Positions 44,550 through 55,323 of a stretch of DNA of 60,301 nucleotides are shown in pieces. Within the stretch, counting starts at the first letter, position 1. The number at the start of each line of letters is the position of its first letter. A program made the position numbers and the translations under genes. Origin of the DNA: an uncultured Planctomycetota bacterium. GTDB taxonomy: Bacteria > Planctomycetota > UBA1135 > GCA-002686595. The notes below the pieces were generated by a model. It was not told the origin of the DNA, did no database searches, and saw only the letters and a list, made by a program, of their open reading frames with translations. The stretch is from contig CAITGX010000275.1 of the NCBI GenBank assembly GCA_903892045.1, forward strand, positions 1-60,301. Reading direction: 5' to 3'.

Positions 44550-46727
44550 CTAGAGGATGTCGAGGATGCCCGTACCGGCAGACGGCGACGTCAGGGTCGG
44601 CGTGTTCGCGCGGTAGTTGATGTTGACCGAGATCTTCGTGTTCCAGGGCAGCATTTCCTTGTCGGCGACGATGCCCAGCGCCGCGGCGGCGAAGCCACGG
44701 GCGTTGTCGGTCTTCTGCTTGTCCTGCATCAGCGTGATGAGCGAGTCGATCGAGCGCGCATCGCCGATGAAGCCGAGCGCCGAGCTGATCGCGGCCTGCG
44801 AAGCGAGGCCCTGGGCCTCGCCGAGCATCTTGACCAGCGACTGCACGGTCGTCTTGTCGCCCATCAGGCCGAGGCCGATGGCAGCGGACTTGAGCAGGTC
44901 GGGACGGTACTTCGACTTGGCGAGGATGGCCTGGATCTGGTCGATCGCGGCGCGATCGTTGACCAAGCCGAGCGCCACGGCCGTATAGCCGCGGGCCTCG
45001 TCGTCGGAGACGCTGTCGAGCTTCTCGCGCAGCAGTTCCTTGGCGTCCTGATCCTGCATGATGCCCAGCGAGACCGCGAAGGCGCCGACTTCCATCGGCT
45101 GCTTCGCGTCCTTGAAGGCGCTGCGCACCGCGAGCTTCATGTCGCTCGAGGTCGGTTGCTTGGCGTCGGCGAGCGCGCGCTCGAGGACACCGATCGAGAG
45201 ACCAGCCCAAGCGCGATACACGCTCTTGCCCTTATCGAGCTGCTCGGCGAGGAAGAGGCGGATGTTCTCGTCCTTCTTCTTGCCTTCGAGGCCGAAGGTG
45301 GGAGCCGTGCCGGTGCCCGGACGACCACCGATCTGCGCGATCGCGATGGCGGCGAAGTTGCGCGCCATCTGGTCGGCGAGCTCCTCCTTGACCTCCATCA
45401 GCTGGCGGCGGATCTCGACGTCGATCTTCTCGTCGTCGCAGTCACCGATCTGGCCGAGCGCGAGGATGCAGCTCTGCTTGATCTCGTTCTCCGCCTTGGA
45501 CAGCTTGTCCATGTCGGTCACGAAACGCGTCGCCACGGCCTCGCGGACCGGGTTCTTGCCATCGGCGTTGGCCGGCACGCCCTGCATCAGGTTGCCGACA
45601 GCGCGCGGAGCGTGAGCGCGGACGAGGAAGGTGTTCTTCTCGTCCTGGTAGTACGACATCAGCCACGCGATCTGGTCGAAGCGATTCTTGAGCTCCGCCG
45701 GGCGGGCAAAGCCGTTCTTCGCATCGATCGGGGTCGCGAGCGCCGCTTCGTCGATCTGCATGGGCACGAGGCCCATGGCGACGATGCAGGCCACCGAGAC
45801 GTCGTAGTTGCCGACCTGCTTCGCCGGACCGTCCGCCATCTTGGCGAGCGCGTTGGCGATGTTCTTCTTGTTGCCTTCGTCGGCCGCGCGAGCGCCGATC
45901 AGGCCGAGGCCGTACGCCGCGAACGCGCGGTTGCGGAAGTTGACCTTGCCCGAGAGCTTCGGCAGCGAGGCGTCGATCTTGGCGATCGCCTCGTTGGCCT
46001 TGGCGACATCATCGTTGAGGATGCCGATCAAGAGCTCGATGTTCGCCGGCGACTCCGAGCCGAGGATGCCGAGGCCGAGCGCCGCGGTCTCCGCGACTTC
46101 CTGCGTCGAGTCGCCGAGGAAGCGGATCAGCTCGACCGCCATCTCGGACTGGCCACCCTCGGCCTTGGGGTCGTCGCCGATCTTGGCGAGGGCCACCATC
46201 GCACCGGAGAGGATGTTGTTGTTGCGCTCTTCCTTGAGGATGCGCTTGAGAGCGGGCACCACCTTGCCGCGGATCACTTCCTGCGACGGGCGCATGGTGT
46301 CCTTGGCCGTGCCCTGCTCGCCGGCGCCGACGAAGAAGTCGTCCGAGCCCGTGACGATGCCGCCGGCCTGCACGGCCGCGCGCAGGTTCAGGTACGGCTC
46401 CTTGTTGAAGCCCCACCAGAACTGCCACACCGAGAGGTCGGGACCCGAGTCGCCGCCGCCGCCCTGCGTGCGCGGGCCGGTCGGGGCCGCAGGCGCGCCA
46501 CCGGGAGCTCCCGGAGTGCCCGGTCCAGGCGTCGTCGGACCGCCCGGTCCGGGAGTCGTGGGGCCGCCGGTGCCGGGCGTGGCGGGACCGCCGCCCGTGC
46601 CGCCACCGCCGCCAGCGGGAACGGTGTCGCCCGGGCCGCGGTAGGTGCCGCCGTGACCGTAGGAGGTGCCGGTCAGGGAGACGGCGCTGCCCGTGATCAG
46701 GGCAGCTGCGATCAGGATGTTCTTCAT
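44550..46727 (-). CDS. Secreted HEAT-repeat protein with a Gly/Pro/Thr-rich N-terminal linker
   Basis: 3' part of ORF 44550..46853 from ATG at 46727 (MKNILIAAALITGSAVS signal peptide). About 75-aa G/P/T low-complexity tract. Many HEAT-like repeats (ALGLIG, ALGQIGD, AIGLGLMGD, ALGFIGD). Confidence 0.8.
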   Translation of the reverse strand: MKNILIAAALITGSAVSLTGTSYGHGGTYRGPGDTVPAGGGGGTGGGPATPGTGGPTTPGPGGPTTPGPGTPGAPGGAPAAPTGPRTQGGGGDSGPDLSVWQFWWGFNKEPYLNLRAAVQAGGIVTGSDDFFVGAGEQGTAKDTMRPSQEVIRGKVVPALKRILKEERNNNILSGAMVALAKIGDDPKAEGGQSEMAVELIRFLGDSTQEVAETAALGLGILGSESPANIELLIGILNDDVAKANEAIAKIDASLPKLSGKVNFRNRAFAAYGLGLIGARAADEGNKKNIANALAKMADGPAKQVGNYDVSVACIVAMGLVPMQIDEAALATPIDAKNGFARPAELKNRFDQIAWLMSYYQDEKNTFLVRAHAPRAVGNLMQGVPANADGKNPVREAVATRFVTDMDKLSKAENEIKQSCILALGQIGDCDDEKIDVEIRRQLMEVKEELADQMARNFAAIAIAQIGGRPGTGTAPTFGLEGKKKDENIRLFLAEQLDKGKSVYRAWAGLSIGVLERALADAKQPTSSDMKLAVRSAFKDAKQPMEVGAFAVSLGIMQDQDAKELLREKLDSVSDDEARGYTAVALGLVNDRAAIDQIQAILAKSKYRPDLLKSAAIGLGLMGDKTTVQSLVKMLGEAQGLASQAAISSALGFIGDARSIDSLITLMQDKQKTDNARGFAAAALGIVADKEMLPWNTKISVNINYRANTPTLTSPSAGTGILDIL

Positions 46728-46783
46728 GTGGACCTGTCGGACAGAGAGGTGAGGGAGTCCGTGGATGGATGCCCAATGTGACG

Positions 46784-46813
46784 GGCACACCGTGATAGGG
46801 CAAGGGGTGTGCC
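46784..46813. promoter_or_regulatory. Perfect 8-bp inverted repeat upstream of the HEAT-repeat gene (operator or 5'-UTR hairpin candidate)
   Basis: GGCACACC (46784-46791), 14-nt spacer, GGTGTGCC (46806-46813). Lies 57-86 nt upstream of the ATG at 46727 on the minus strand. Confidence 0.3.
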
Positions 46814-46983
46814 GGGCTACCGCCCGAGCCCACCGATTTCCCCGACCGGCCACGCGGGACGGCTTGGGAACCGCTGGAAGGAGGGTGGGGGAGAGAGCCG
46901 CTCGCCGCCACGAGCGCAGCCCAGCGGGCTCGCGTTCCGGCGGCGTAACAGGGTGTTGCGTTCCGAGGGACTCTTTGGCGAGC

Positions 46984-47002
46984 GCAGGTCACGCGGACCT
47001 GC
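46984..47002 (-). terminator. Hairpin downstream of sdhB (possible terminator)
   Basis: GCAGGTC (46984-46990), loop ACGCG, GACCTGC (46996-47002), about 38 nt after the sdhB stop. No clear U-tract. Confidence 0.35.
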
Positions 47003-47039
47003 TCGCGAAAGCACCCCCTCGGGCGTTCTGGGAGTGCTC

Positions 47040-47839
47040 CTAGAAGCCCCCGGCGGATTCCTTCTCCGGGCGCGCCGTGAGGGAAGCTCCGAGGTACTCC
47101 TTGTTCAGGCGGGCGATGTTCTCGACGGAGATGCCCTTGGGGCAGGCCGCCTCGCACTCGTAGATGTTCCCGCAGTTGCCGAAGCCCTCCTTGTCCATCT
47201 GCTCGACCATGGCCAGCACACGCCGGCGGCGCTCGGGCTGGCCCTGGGGCAGGAGCGAGAGGTGGGAGATCTTGGCGCCGACGAAGAGCATCGCCGCCGC
47301 GTTGGGGCAGGCGGCCACACACGCGCCACAGCCGATGCACGCCGCGGCGTCCATGGCGAGGTCGGCGTTCTCCTTCGGGATCGGGATCGCGTTGGCGTCC
47401 TGCGGCGAACCGGTGTTCACCGACACGAAGCCACCGCGGGCGATGATGCGGTCGAAGGCCGAGCGATCGCAGACGAGGTCGCGCACGATCGGGAACGCCT
47501 TCGCGCGGAAGGGCTCGATGTAGATCGTCTCGCCGTCGTGGAAGCGCCGCATGTGCAGCTGGCAGGTCGCGGTCTCGCGGTCGGGCCCGTGGGCCTGACC
47601 GTTGATCACGAGGCTGCAGCTGCCGCAGATGCCCTCGCGGCAGTCGTGGTCGAAGGCCACCGGCTCGCGGCCCTCGCGCAGGAGCTGCTCGTTGAGCTGG
47701 TCGAGCATCTCGAGGAACGAGCAGTGCTCGGAGATGCCGTGCAGCGAGTAGGTCTCGAAGTGGCCTTCGGCCTCGCGGTTCTTCTGGCGCCAGACGTGCA
47801 GCGTCAGGTTGAGGCCGCCGTGGTTGTCGTGTCCGCCGC

Positions 47840-47843
<4 letters not shown>
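47040..47843 (-). CDS. sdhB: Succinate dehydrogenase/fumarate reductase iron-sulfur subunit
   Basis: 3' part of ORF 47040..48539. The GTG at 47843 overlaps the sdhA stop (GTGA). Cluster motifs [37 protein letters not shown]. Confidence 0.9.
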
Positions 47844-49777
<1,934 letters not shown>

Positions 49778-49792
49778 GGTGAGTCGCTCCGC

Positions 49793-50461
49793 TCAGTTCC
49801 AAGGCCACTGCCCGCCGGTGGCGAGCAGCAGGACGGGGAAGGACGCGAACAGGACCGCGATCGCGACGGCGAGCACGCGGCCGATCACGAGGATCGCCGG
49901 CGCGTAGCTCGGGTGCCGGAAGCCCAGCGTCTGGATCGCGCTCTGGAAGGCGTGCCACAGGTGCACGCCGAGGAAGGCCATGCTCACGAAGTAGATCGCG
50001 CCGCCGACGGGGCTCGAGAGGCGCTCGACGACCAGCGCGGCGAGGCCCTGCTCGCTGAAGTCCGCCATGCGGAAGTCGATGATGTGGATCACGAGGAACA
50101 CGAGCACCACGAGGCCCGTGATCGACATGGTCATCGAAGCGAAGGTGCGGTTGCCCTTGGGCGCGAGATCCTTGTAGCGCGAGGGACGCGCCTCGCGGTT
50201 CTCGAGGATGGCGCGCATCCCGAGGGCGATGTGGACCCCGAACAGCAGCACGAGTCCGAGCTCCGCGAGCAGCTTCACCGGCCCGAGAGCCTCGAGCTGG
50301 GCCGCGTAGGCGTTGAACTTGGCGCCGTCCGAGTCGGCGTACAGGGTCAGGTTGCCCACGACGTGGGCGATCAGGAAGAGGATCAGGAGAAGGCCAGTGA
50401 CGGCCATCAACGACTTCTTGCCGATCGACGAGCGCAGGAAGGCTCCGAAGCGGCTGAACAT
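49793..50461 (-). CDS. sdhC: Succinate dehydrogenase cytochrome b558 subunit
   Basis: Five predicted transmembrane helices with conserved His residues (IAHVVGN, FGVHIALG, VIHIIDF, LGVHLWHAF). Position upstream of sdhA-sdhB. Confidence 0.85.
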   Translation of the reverse strand: MFSRFGAFLRSSIGKKSLMAVTGLLLILFLIAHVVGNLTLYADSDGAKFNAYAAQLEALGPVKLLAELGLVLLFGVHIALGMRAILENREARPSRYKDLAPKGNRTFASMTMSITGLVVLVFLVIHIIDFRMADFSEQGLAALVVERLSSPVGGAIYFVSMAFLGVHLWHAFQSAIQTLGFRHPSYAPAILVIGRVLAVAIAVLFASFPVLLLATGGQWPWN

Positions 50462-50643
50462 CCGTGCGGTCTCCAGACGGTTGGCGGTCGGGCGCGCCCT
50501 GCAGCCACGAGCTGCAGGCCCACGCCGACGGGCCTTGGACCGTAGCCAACGGCGCTGTCGCGCTCAACGGGCAGCGCGCAAAAACGCTCGCCCAAGCCCC
50601 GAAGGCATGGCAGGAAGATTGCGCTCGCGTAGAGTGCCCAGTC

Positions 50644-51123
50644 GTGTACGCACTCGCTCGCATCTGGCTCGTCTGCGCAGACGACTTGCCGCTCTCGGCC
50701 GACGCGGTCGAGCTGCTCGCGCGCCTGCGCCCGCGGGCGTGGCTTCGCGAGCCGGCTCTCGCTGCACATGTCGCGACACAGGCGGCGCGCATGCTCGGAA
50801 CAGCGACGGACGAGTGGGGCGAATGTGCGCTCGAGGATCGGAGCCTGCGCAGCATCGCGGACCGACATCCGGCCGAGTCGGTCGCGATCCTCGTTCCGCG
50901 CCAGCGCGCGCTCGACCTTCTGGGCCGAGCCCTCGAACTCTCCGAACTCAGCCAGCTCGAGCGCGTGCGCTTCGAGTTGTGCGCGCTCGACTGGCCGCAG
51001 AGCGCCGATCGCGAGGGCCGGCCGGCCCTGATCGGCATCGACCTCGACTGGCTGCCACCGCCGCCGCCGCGGACGCGCGCCAAGTTCCCCGGCGGGCCCG
51101 GATCCGCGCCGGCGAACCGCTAG
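50644..51123 (+). CDS. Hypothetical protein (start uncertain)
   Basis: ORF 50464..51123 has G/C-rich third positions from about 50640 onward, unlike its antisense ORF 50407..51189. GTG at 50644 is a plausible start. No family recognised. Confidence 0.4.
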   Translation: MYALARIWLVCADDLPLSADAVELLARLRPRAWLREPALAAHVATQAARMLGTATDEWGECALEDRSLRSIADRHPAESVAILVPRQRALDLLGRALELSELSQLERVRFELCALDWPQSADREGRPALIGIDLDWLPPPPPRTRAKFPGGPGSAPANR

Positions 51124-51263
51124 CGTGCCGCGGGCCTGGCCCGGCGCGACGGCTGGCTCCCCCGCCCGGAACGGCCTAGGAAGTCGCATTTAGGCCTCGC
51201 CCGACGGCGACGCACCTCGGCGGTCAGCGGGCCCGACGCGCGCCGCGAGCTCCGCGCGCGCAA

Positions 51264-51743
51264 CTAGGCGCCGTTCGACTCGCCCGCACGGCGGCGGTGC
51301 ATGAGCAGCCGCCAACTGCTCTCGAAGCAGTCCTCGCCACGTTGATTGCGGACCACCACGGACCACTCGACCCAGCCGCGGCGCGGCGCAGGCTCGGGAT
51401 CCAGCGCGTGGACCACGATGCGGGCCTCGATCGTGTCGCCGGGACGGACCGGACTGACGAACCTGCCGCTGACGCCTTGGACGGCGACGACCGTGCCCTC
51501 GAAGAGCCCGCTCTGCCACATCATCCCGGCGGCGAGGGACTGGACGAACATCCCGTGGGCGATGCAGCCCCGGAAGGGGGTCCGGCGGGCGAACTCCGGA
51601 TCGATGTGCACCGGGTTGTGGTCGCCGGTGAGCGCCGCGAACTGGGCGATCTCGTCCTGGGTCACGAGCCGCGCGGGCGAGGAGTAGCTCGCGCCGAGGT
51701 GGCAGTCCTCGAAGGCGAGCGGCGAGGCTTTGGAAACGCTCAT
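51264..51743 (-). CDS. MaoC-like (R)-specific enoyl-CoA hydratase / hotdog-fold dehydratase
   Basis: ORF 51264..51761, with the ATG at 51743 preferred. Hydratase 2 motif region SGDHNPVHIDPEFA-like (LTGDHNPVHIDPEFARRTPF..CIAHG). Confidence 0.85.
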   Translation of the reverse strand: MSVSKASPLAFEDCHLGASYSSPARLVTQDEIAQFAALTGDHNPVHIDPEFARRTPFRGCIAHGMFVQSLAAGMMWQSGLFEGTVVAVQGVSGRFVSPVRPGDTIEARIVVHALDPEPAPRRGWVEWSVVVRNQRGEDCFESSWRLLMHRRRAGESNGA

Positions 51744-52483
51744 GCCGGCGTTGTGCCGCACCCGAGTGCGTCCGTCAATCCGGCGAAGGACGGTCCGGGC
51801 CCAGCCCGCCCCCCGCCTCTTTCCGTGGCCTTCAATGCAACATAACGAGTATTATCAGAAGTAACGACCGGCCGAGGCGGGGGCCAGGGAGACGGCCTTG
51901 CGTGCGCCATCGCAAGCTCCGCAGGCAACCGTCGAGCCCGCTCCGAAGTCCTCCCGCGTGCGCTCCCGCAGCTCGACCGCGGGTCACCTCCCAGCCCCAC
52001 TCGCCGCCATGCGTTGGCGCCCTCGCCGACATCGCCCACATTCGAAAGGTCGAATCCCCGGCGCGAGGCCCCTGGATCGTTGGCGCCCCCCTCCGCGCCC
52101 CCCCCGTTCCGGAGCGGCGCTGAAGACGCCCCGCCGCGAAGGTAGGTCCTTCATGGGCCGCGGGCTCGCCGACCCCACGAGGCTCCCACTGGAAGGAACC
52201 AAGAGAGCCTGCGGGCGGGTCACCGCGCCGGAGCCCGCTCCCGACGCCGACCTTTCCCGGATGGTCGCGCACCCCGTCGAAGGGCACCGTCCGAAGGCCT
52301 GATCTCCGAACGAGCCCGCGGCCGGCACCGGACGGGTGCCCTGAGAGGGCGAGCGGCGCCGCCGTCGGAGCCGCACTTCGGTCGCGTTCGACCCTCGTGG
52401 CACGCATCGGCGCGCTGCGATGGCTCACACCTCGGGGTCCGAGCCCTCCCATGTTTATTTGCAACTTCCTAGGGACGCCGGGC

Positions 52484-52495
52484 GGGGGGGGGGGG
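52484..52495. repeat. G12 homopolymer tract
   Basis: Twelve consecutive G at 52484-52495, 126 nt upstream of the ATG at 52622. An AT-rich island (ATGTTTATTTGCAACTT, 52451-52467) lies just upstream. Confidence 0.95.
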
Positions 52496-52621
52496 CCGCG
52501 CCGCCGCCGGAGGTGCGCCGCCGCGGAGGCAGCAACACCGCCATTCCCGACTTGTGCGACGCCCACAGCCCCCGCCCGCGAGCACCTCAAGGAGATCCCG
52601 GCCCCCGACGAAACCTGTCCC

Positions 52622-53227
52622 ATGCTCCAGCGTTTCCTCCCGCTCCTCGTGCTCGCCGCCTGCAGCGCCTCGTCGAACACCACGGGCACCCCCGGCGCGC
52701 CGAACCAGGCCCCGAACACGTTCGTCGCTGACCTCCCCATCGCGCGCGCGCCGTTTCGCGACGTGCAGGTCGACTGGAAGCAGCGCCTCGACCAGCCCTA
52801 CGTGTTCGTCGAGGCTCGCGGCAGCTACACCAACGTCGGTCGCTCGCTCGAGCGTGTCTTCGCGCTCGCCGCGGCCGCCGGCATCGAGCCCACCGGCGCG
52901 CCCTTCGCGCTCTACTACGACGATCCGGGCAAGGTCGCGGTCGACGCGCTGCGCCTGCGCGCGTGCCTGCCGGTCGCGGGCGCCCTCGAGACCAAGGGCG
53001 AGCTCGGCTACGGCGTGCTCGAGAGCACCACGGTCGCCTATGCCTTCGTCGCGGGTCCCTACCCCGAGGTTCCGCGCTCCTACCCGGCGCTGTTCGCCTA
53101 CCTCGCGCGCATGGACTGGGTCGAGAACGGCCCGATCCGCGAGATCTACCTCGTCAATCCCGGCGAGGTGAAGGACTTCTCCGAGCTCGTGACCGAGGTG
53201 CAGGTGCCGGCGACGGCCGCGCGCTGA
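52622..53227 (+). CDS. GyrI-like (AraC effector-binding / SOUL-type) small-molecule-binding lipoprotein
   Basis: 3' part of ORF 52397..53227 from ATG 52622. Lipobox LLVLAAC. Duplicated GyrI-like halves (YVFVEARGSYTNVG...FALYYDDP and VAYAFVAGPYPEV...PIREIYLVNP). Confidence 0.7.
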   Translation: MLQRFLPLLVLAACSASSNTTGTPGAPNQAPNTFVADLPIARAPFRDVQVDWKQRLDQPYVFVEARGSYTNVGRSLERVFALAAAAGIEPTGAPFALYYDDPGKVAVDALRLRACLPVAGALETKGELGYGVLESTTVAYAFVAGPYPEVPRSYPALFAYLARMDWVENGPIREIYLVNPGEVKDFSELVTEVQVPATAAR

Positions 53228-53240
53228 GGCCTCGCGTTCC

Positions 53241-54875
53241 CTAGCGCGCGATCGAGGCGCTCTGGGACGGATAGCAGCAGAACACGTCGAGCCGGCCACC
53301 GTCGACGCGCCGCGCGCGCAGTCGATCGCCGACTTCAAGGGCCGCGGCGAGCCGCGGCTCGATGTCCGCCTCGAAGCGATCGCCGCGCGCGTCGCTGAAG
53401 GTCGGGCGCGGCCCGTCGAGCGACGCGATCTCGTACAGCGTGGAAGGCTGGCCACCGTCGTTGCGACACCAGCGCTGCGCCTCGACGAGTCGCGCCAGCG
53501 CGCGCTCCATCGGCGGGATCGTCTTCTCGTAGGCGTCGAGCAGCGCGACGTCCTGATTCTCCTGCGACCAAGCGCAGAACTCGCGCAGGGCGCGCAGCAT
53601 GCGCCGCACGTCTTCCGCGCTCTTCAGCATGCGCCGCTCCGGCAGCCAGACCGAGGCGAACAGCAGGAGCTCGCGGCCGGTGAGGTTCTCGAACACGCCG
53701 TAGTCCGCGCCGAACTCGCCGAAGGCCCGCACCACGGAAGCTTCCACCGACTCGGCCTCGCCGCGCGTGCGACCGAGTTCCCACAGGAACTCCTCGATCA
53801 TCGCGCCCACGACGCCGGGGAAGTCGGGCGCCGGCGCGCCGTCGATGGCGTCGGGATCGTAGGTCTCGCTCTCGAGCTCGAGATCGCGCTCGAGCTCGCG
53901 GAACAAGGTCTCGAGGTCCTTGCCGGCGCGTCGCCCCGCGTCGAAGGCCTCGATCGCGGCGCGTGCGTCCTGAACACGGTCGTTGCGCTCTTCGCTCTCG
54001 GTCGCGTCGCTCTCCGTCGGGGCCGAGAGCTCGACCCACGCGTCGAGCAGCACGCGCCGCGCGACGTCGAGGTCCATGCGCGTATCGAACGCGAGCGACT
54101 CGAGCACGCTCGCGAGCACGTCGTCGACGCCGTGCACGACGAGCGACGCGTCGAACGGCGAGCGCCGCAAGTCCGCGAAGATCTGCTCGATGCGCACCGA
54201 GTCGACACCGCCCGCGAGCAGCGCCGCTCGCGCAGCGCCGACCGCGTCGCTGCGCAAGGGATCGATGCGACGCCAGAACATCCCCTCGAGCTCCGCCTGC
54301 GTGAGACGCAGCACGCCGCGCCGCGCCTGGCGCAGGCTCTCGAAGTCCGCGAGCAGCGCGCGCAGGAGCTTGCTCGAGCGGAACACGCCGGCCGCGGGCG
54401 AGACGCGATACAGCGACTCGCCGATCGCGAAGAGGCGGCCGACGAGCACGTCGTCCGCGCTCAACGCACGCGAGCCCTCGGGCTCGCTGAGCGGATACTC
54501 GCCCATGGCCGCGAGGTCGCGCACCCACACGCCTTCGCCCTCGGCCACGCCCGTGACCTGGAACACCGAGCAACGCGAGGCGAGCAGCGCCCGCAGCGCA
54601 TCCTCGGAGAGTTCCTCCACATCGATGTCCTCGAGGCGGTGCAGCACCCACTCGACCGGCGCGCCTCCGAGCACGTTGCTCGGGCGCTCGAGCAGGAACC
54701 ACTCGCGGTGGCGCCGCAGCGCGCGCGGCGTCTCCTCGTCCTTCGGCGGCGGCTCTCCCTGCAGGAAGTACTCGCGTCGGCTCGCCTCGAACTCGGCGGC
54801 GAGACCGGGCTGCGCGAGCACGGCCCGCTCGAGGAGAGCGAGGGCCTTTTCGATTTCGTCAGGTTCGAGACGCAT
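53241..54875 (-). CDS. Hypothetical cytoplasmic protein (544 aa)
   Basis: 3' part of ORF 53241..55070 from ATG at 54875. Acidic, helical-looking, coding-like GC3. No family recognised. Confidence 0.6.
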   Translation of the reverse strand: MRLEPDEIEKALALLERAVLAQPGLAAEFEASRREYFLQGEPPPKDEETPRALRRHREWFLLERPSNVLGGAPVEWVLHRLEDIDVEELSEDALRALLASRCSVFQVTGVAEGEGVWVRDLAAMGEYPLSEPEGSRALSADDVLVGRLFAIGESLYRVSPAAGVFRSSKLLRALLADFESLRQARRGVLRLTQAELEGMFWRRIDPLRSDAVGAARAALLAGGVDSVRIEQIFADLRRSPFDASLVVHGVDDVLASVLESLAFDTRMDLDVARRVLLDAWVELSAPTESDATESEERNDRVQDARAAIEAFDAGRRAGKDLETLFRELERDLELESETYDPDAIDGAPAPDFPGVVGAMIEEFLWELGRTRGEAESVEASVVRAFGEFGADYGVFENLTGRELLLFASVWLPERRMLKSAEDVRRMLRALREFCAWSQENQDVALLDAYEKTIPPMERALARLVEAQRWCRNDGGQPSTLYEIASLDGPRPTFSDARGDRFEADIEPRLAAALEVGDRLRARRVDGGRLDVFCCYPSQSASIAR

Positions 54876-54917
54876 GGTGCGCGGATTGTAGGCGCGCGCG
54901 CGCGCGGACGCGCGGGA

Positions 54918-54946
54918 TTGACGGCTTCCGAGCGTGCGTTTAGCCT
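54918..54946 (+). promoter_or_regulatory. Sigma-70-like promoter candidate for the riboswitch transcript
   Basis: TTGACG (54918-54923), 17-nt spacer, TAGCCT (54941-54946). Placed about 20-30 nt upstream of the riboswitch P1 stem. Confidence 0.4.
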
Positions 54947-54964
54947 CACACGCTGAAAATTCGT

Positions 54965-55195
54965 TCTCGCGAGCGTGGAGCAGGGGAAGCTGGTGTGATT
55001 CCAGCACGGTCCCGCCACTGTGAGCCGCATGCCATCGAGCCCGTGTGCCGGTGCGCGAGCGCTTCCCCACCGGGAGTCGCTCGCGTCCGACAGGCCACTG
55101 GGACCCGCGTGACTTCCTTCAGGGAGCTCGCGCCGCGTCCCGGGAAGGTCCGCTCGAGGGCGCCAACGGCGAGTCAGGAGACCCACCACGCATCG
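54965..55195 (+). promoter_or_regulatory. Cobalamin (B12) riboswitch
   Basis: All three conserved blocks are present in order. GGGGAAGCTGGTGTGATTCCAGCACGGTCCCGCCACTGTGA (54983-55024). GCCACTGG...CCCGGGAAGGTC (55094-55150). B12 box AGTCAGGAGACCCACC (55172-55187). A P1 candidate pairs GCGTGG (54973-54978) with CCACGC (55186-55191). Confidence 0.85.
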
Positions 55196-55323
55196 CCGCA
55201 CCTCTCGGACCTCGAGGCTGGGTCCGGTGCCTGTTGCGGAGCGCCTTCGTGCGCGCTCCCGCCGGCCCCGGTCTCGCGTTCCGACCGCAGCCGCACCACC
55301 CCATTCGACGTGCGACGGCGGTG

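Noticed and set aside
50407-51189. 260-aa minus-strand ORF overlapping the plus-strand hypothetical gene at 50464..51123.
   Set aside because: The plus-strand frame has the G/C-rich third-codon-position pattern and a balanced amino-acid composition. The minus-strand translation has an antisense-like, Arg-rich composition. Only the plus-strand gene was kept, at low confidence.
51785-51806. RNase P RNA P4-like sequence GAAGGACGGUCCGGGCCC.
   Set aside because: It deviates from the near-invariant GAGGAAAGUCCGGGC. The conserved 3' partner (ACAGAACCCGGCUUA-like) is absent from the spacer.
52040-52075. tmRNA-like 5' motif on the minus strand (GGGGCCUCGCGCCGGGGAUUCGACC, reminiscent of GGGGCUGAUUCUGGAUUCGAC).
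   Set aside because: I could find no matching T-arm (GGUUCGAxUCC) with a 3' acceptor strand ending in CCACCA about 300-400 nt downstream on that strand, and no plausible tag reading frame ending in ...LAA-stop. The resemblance is probably chance in G-rich sequence. An Infernal scan would settle it.
55045-55323. The upstream Met (55045) of ORF 55045..56658 as the start of the secreted protein.
   Set aside because: This stretch coincides with the conserved core of the cobalamin riboswitch and translates to Arg/Pro-rich sequence. The signal peptide begins only after the ATG at 55324 or 55354.
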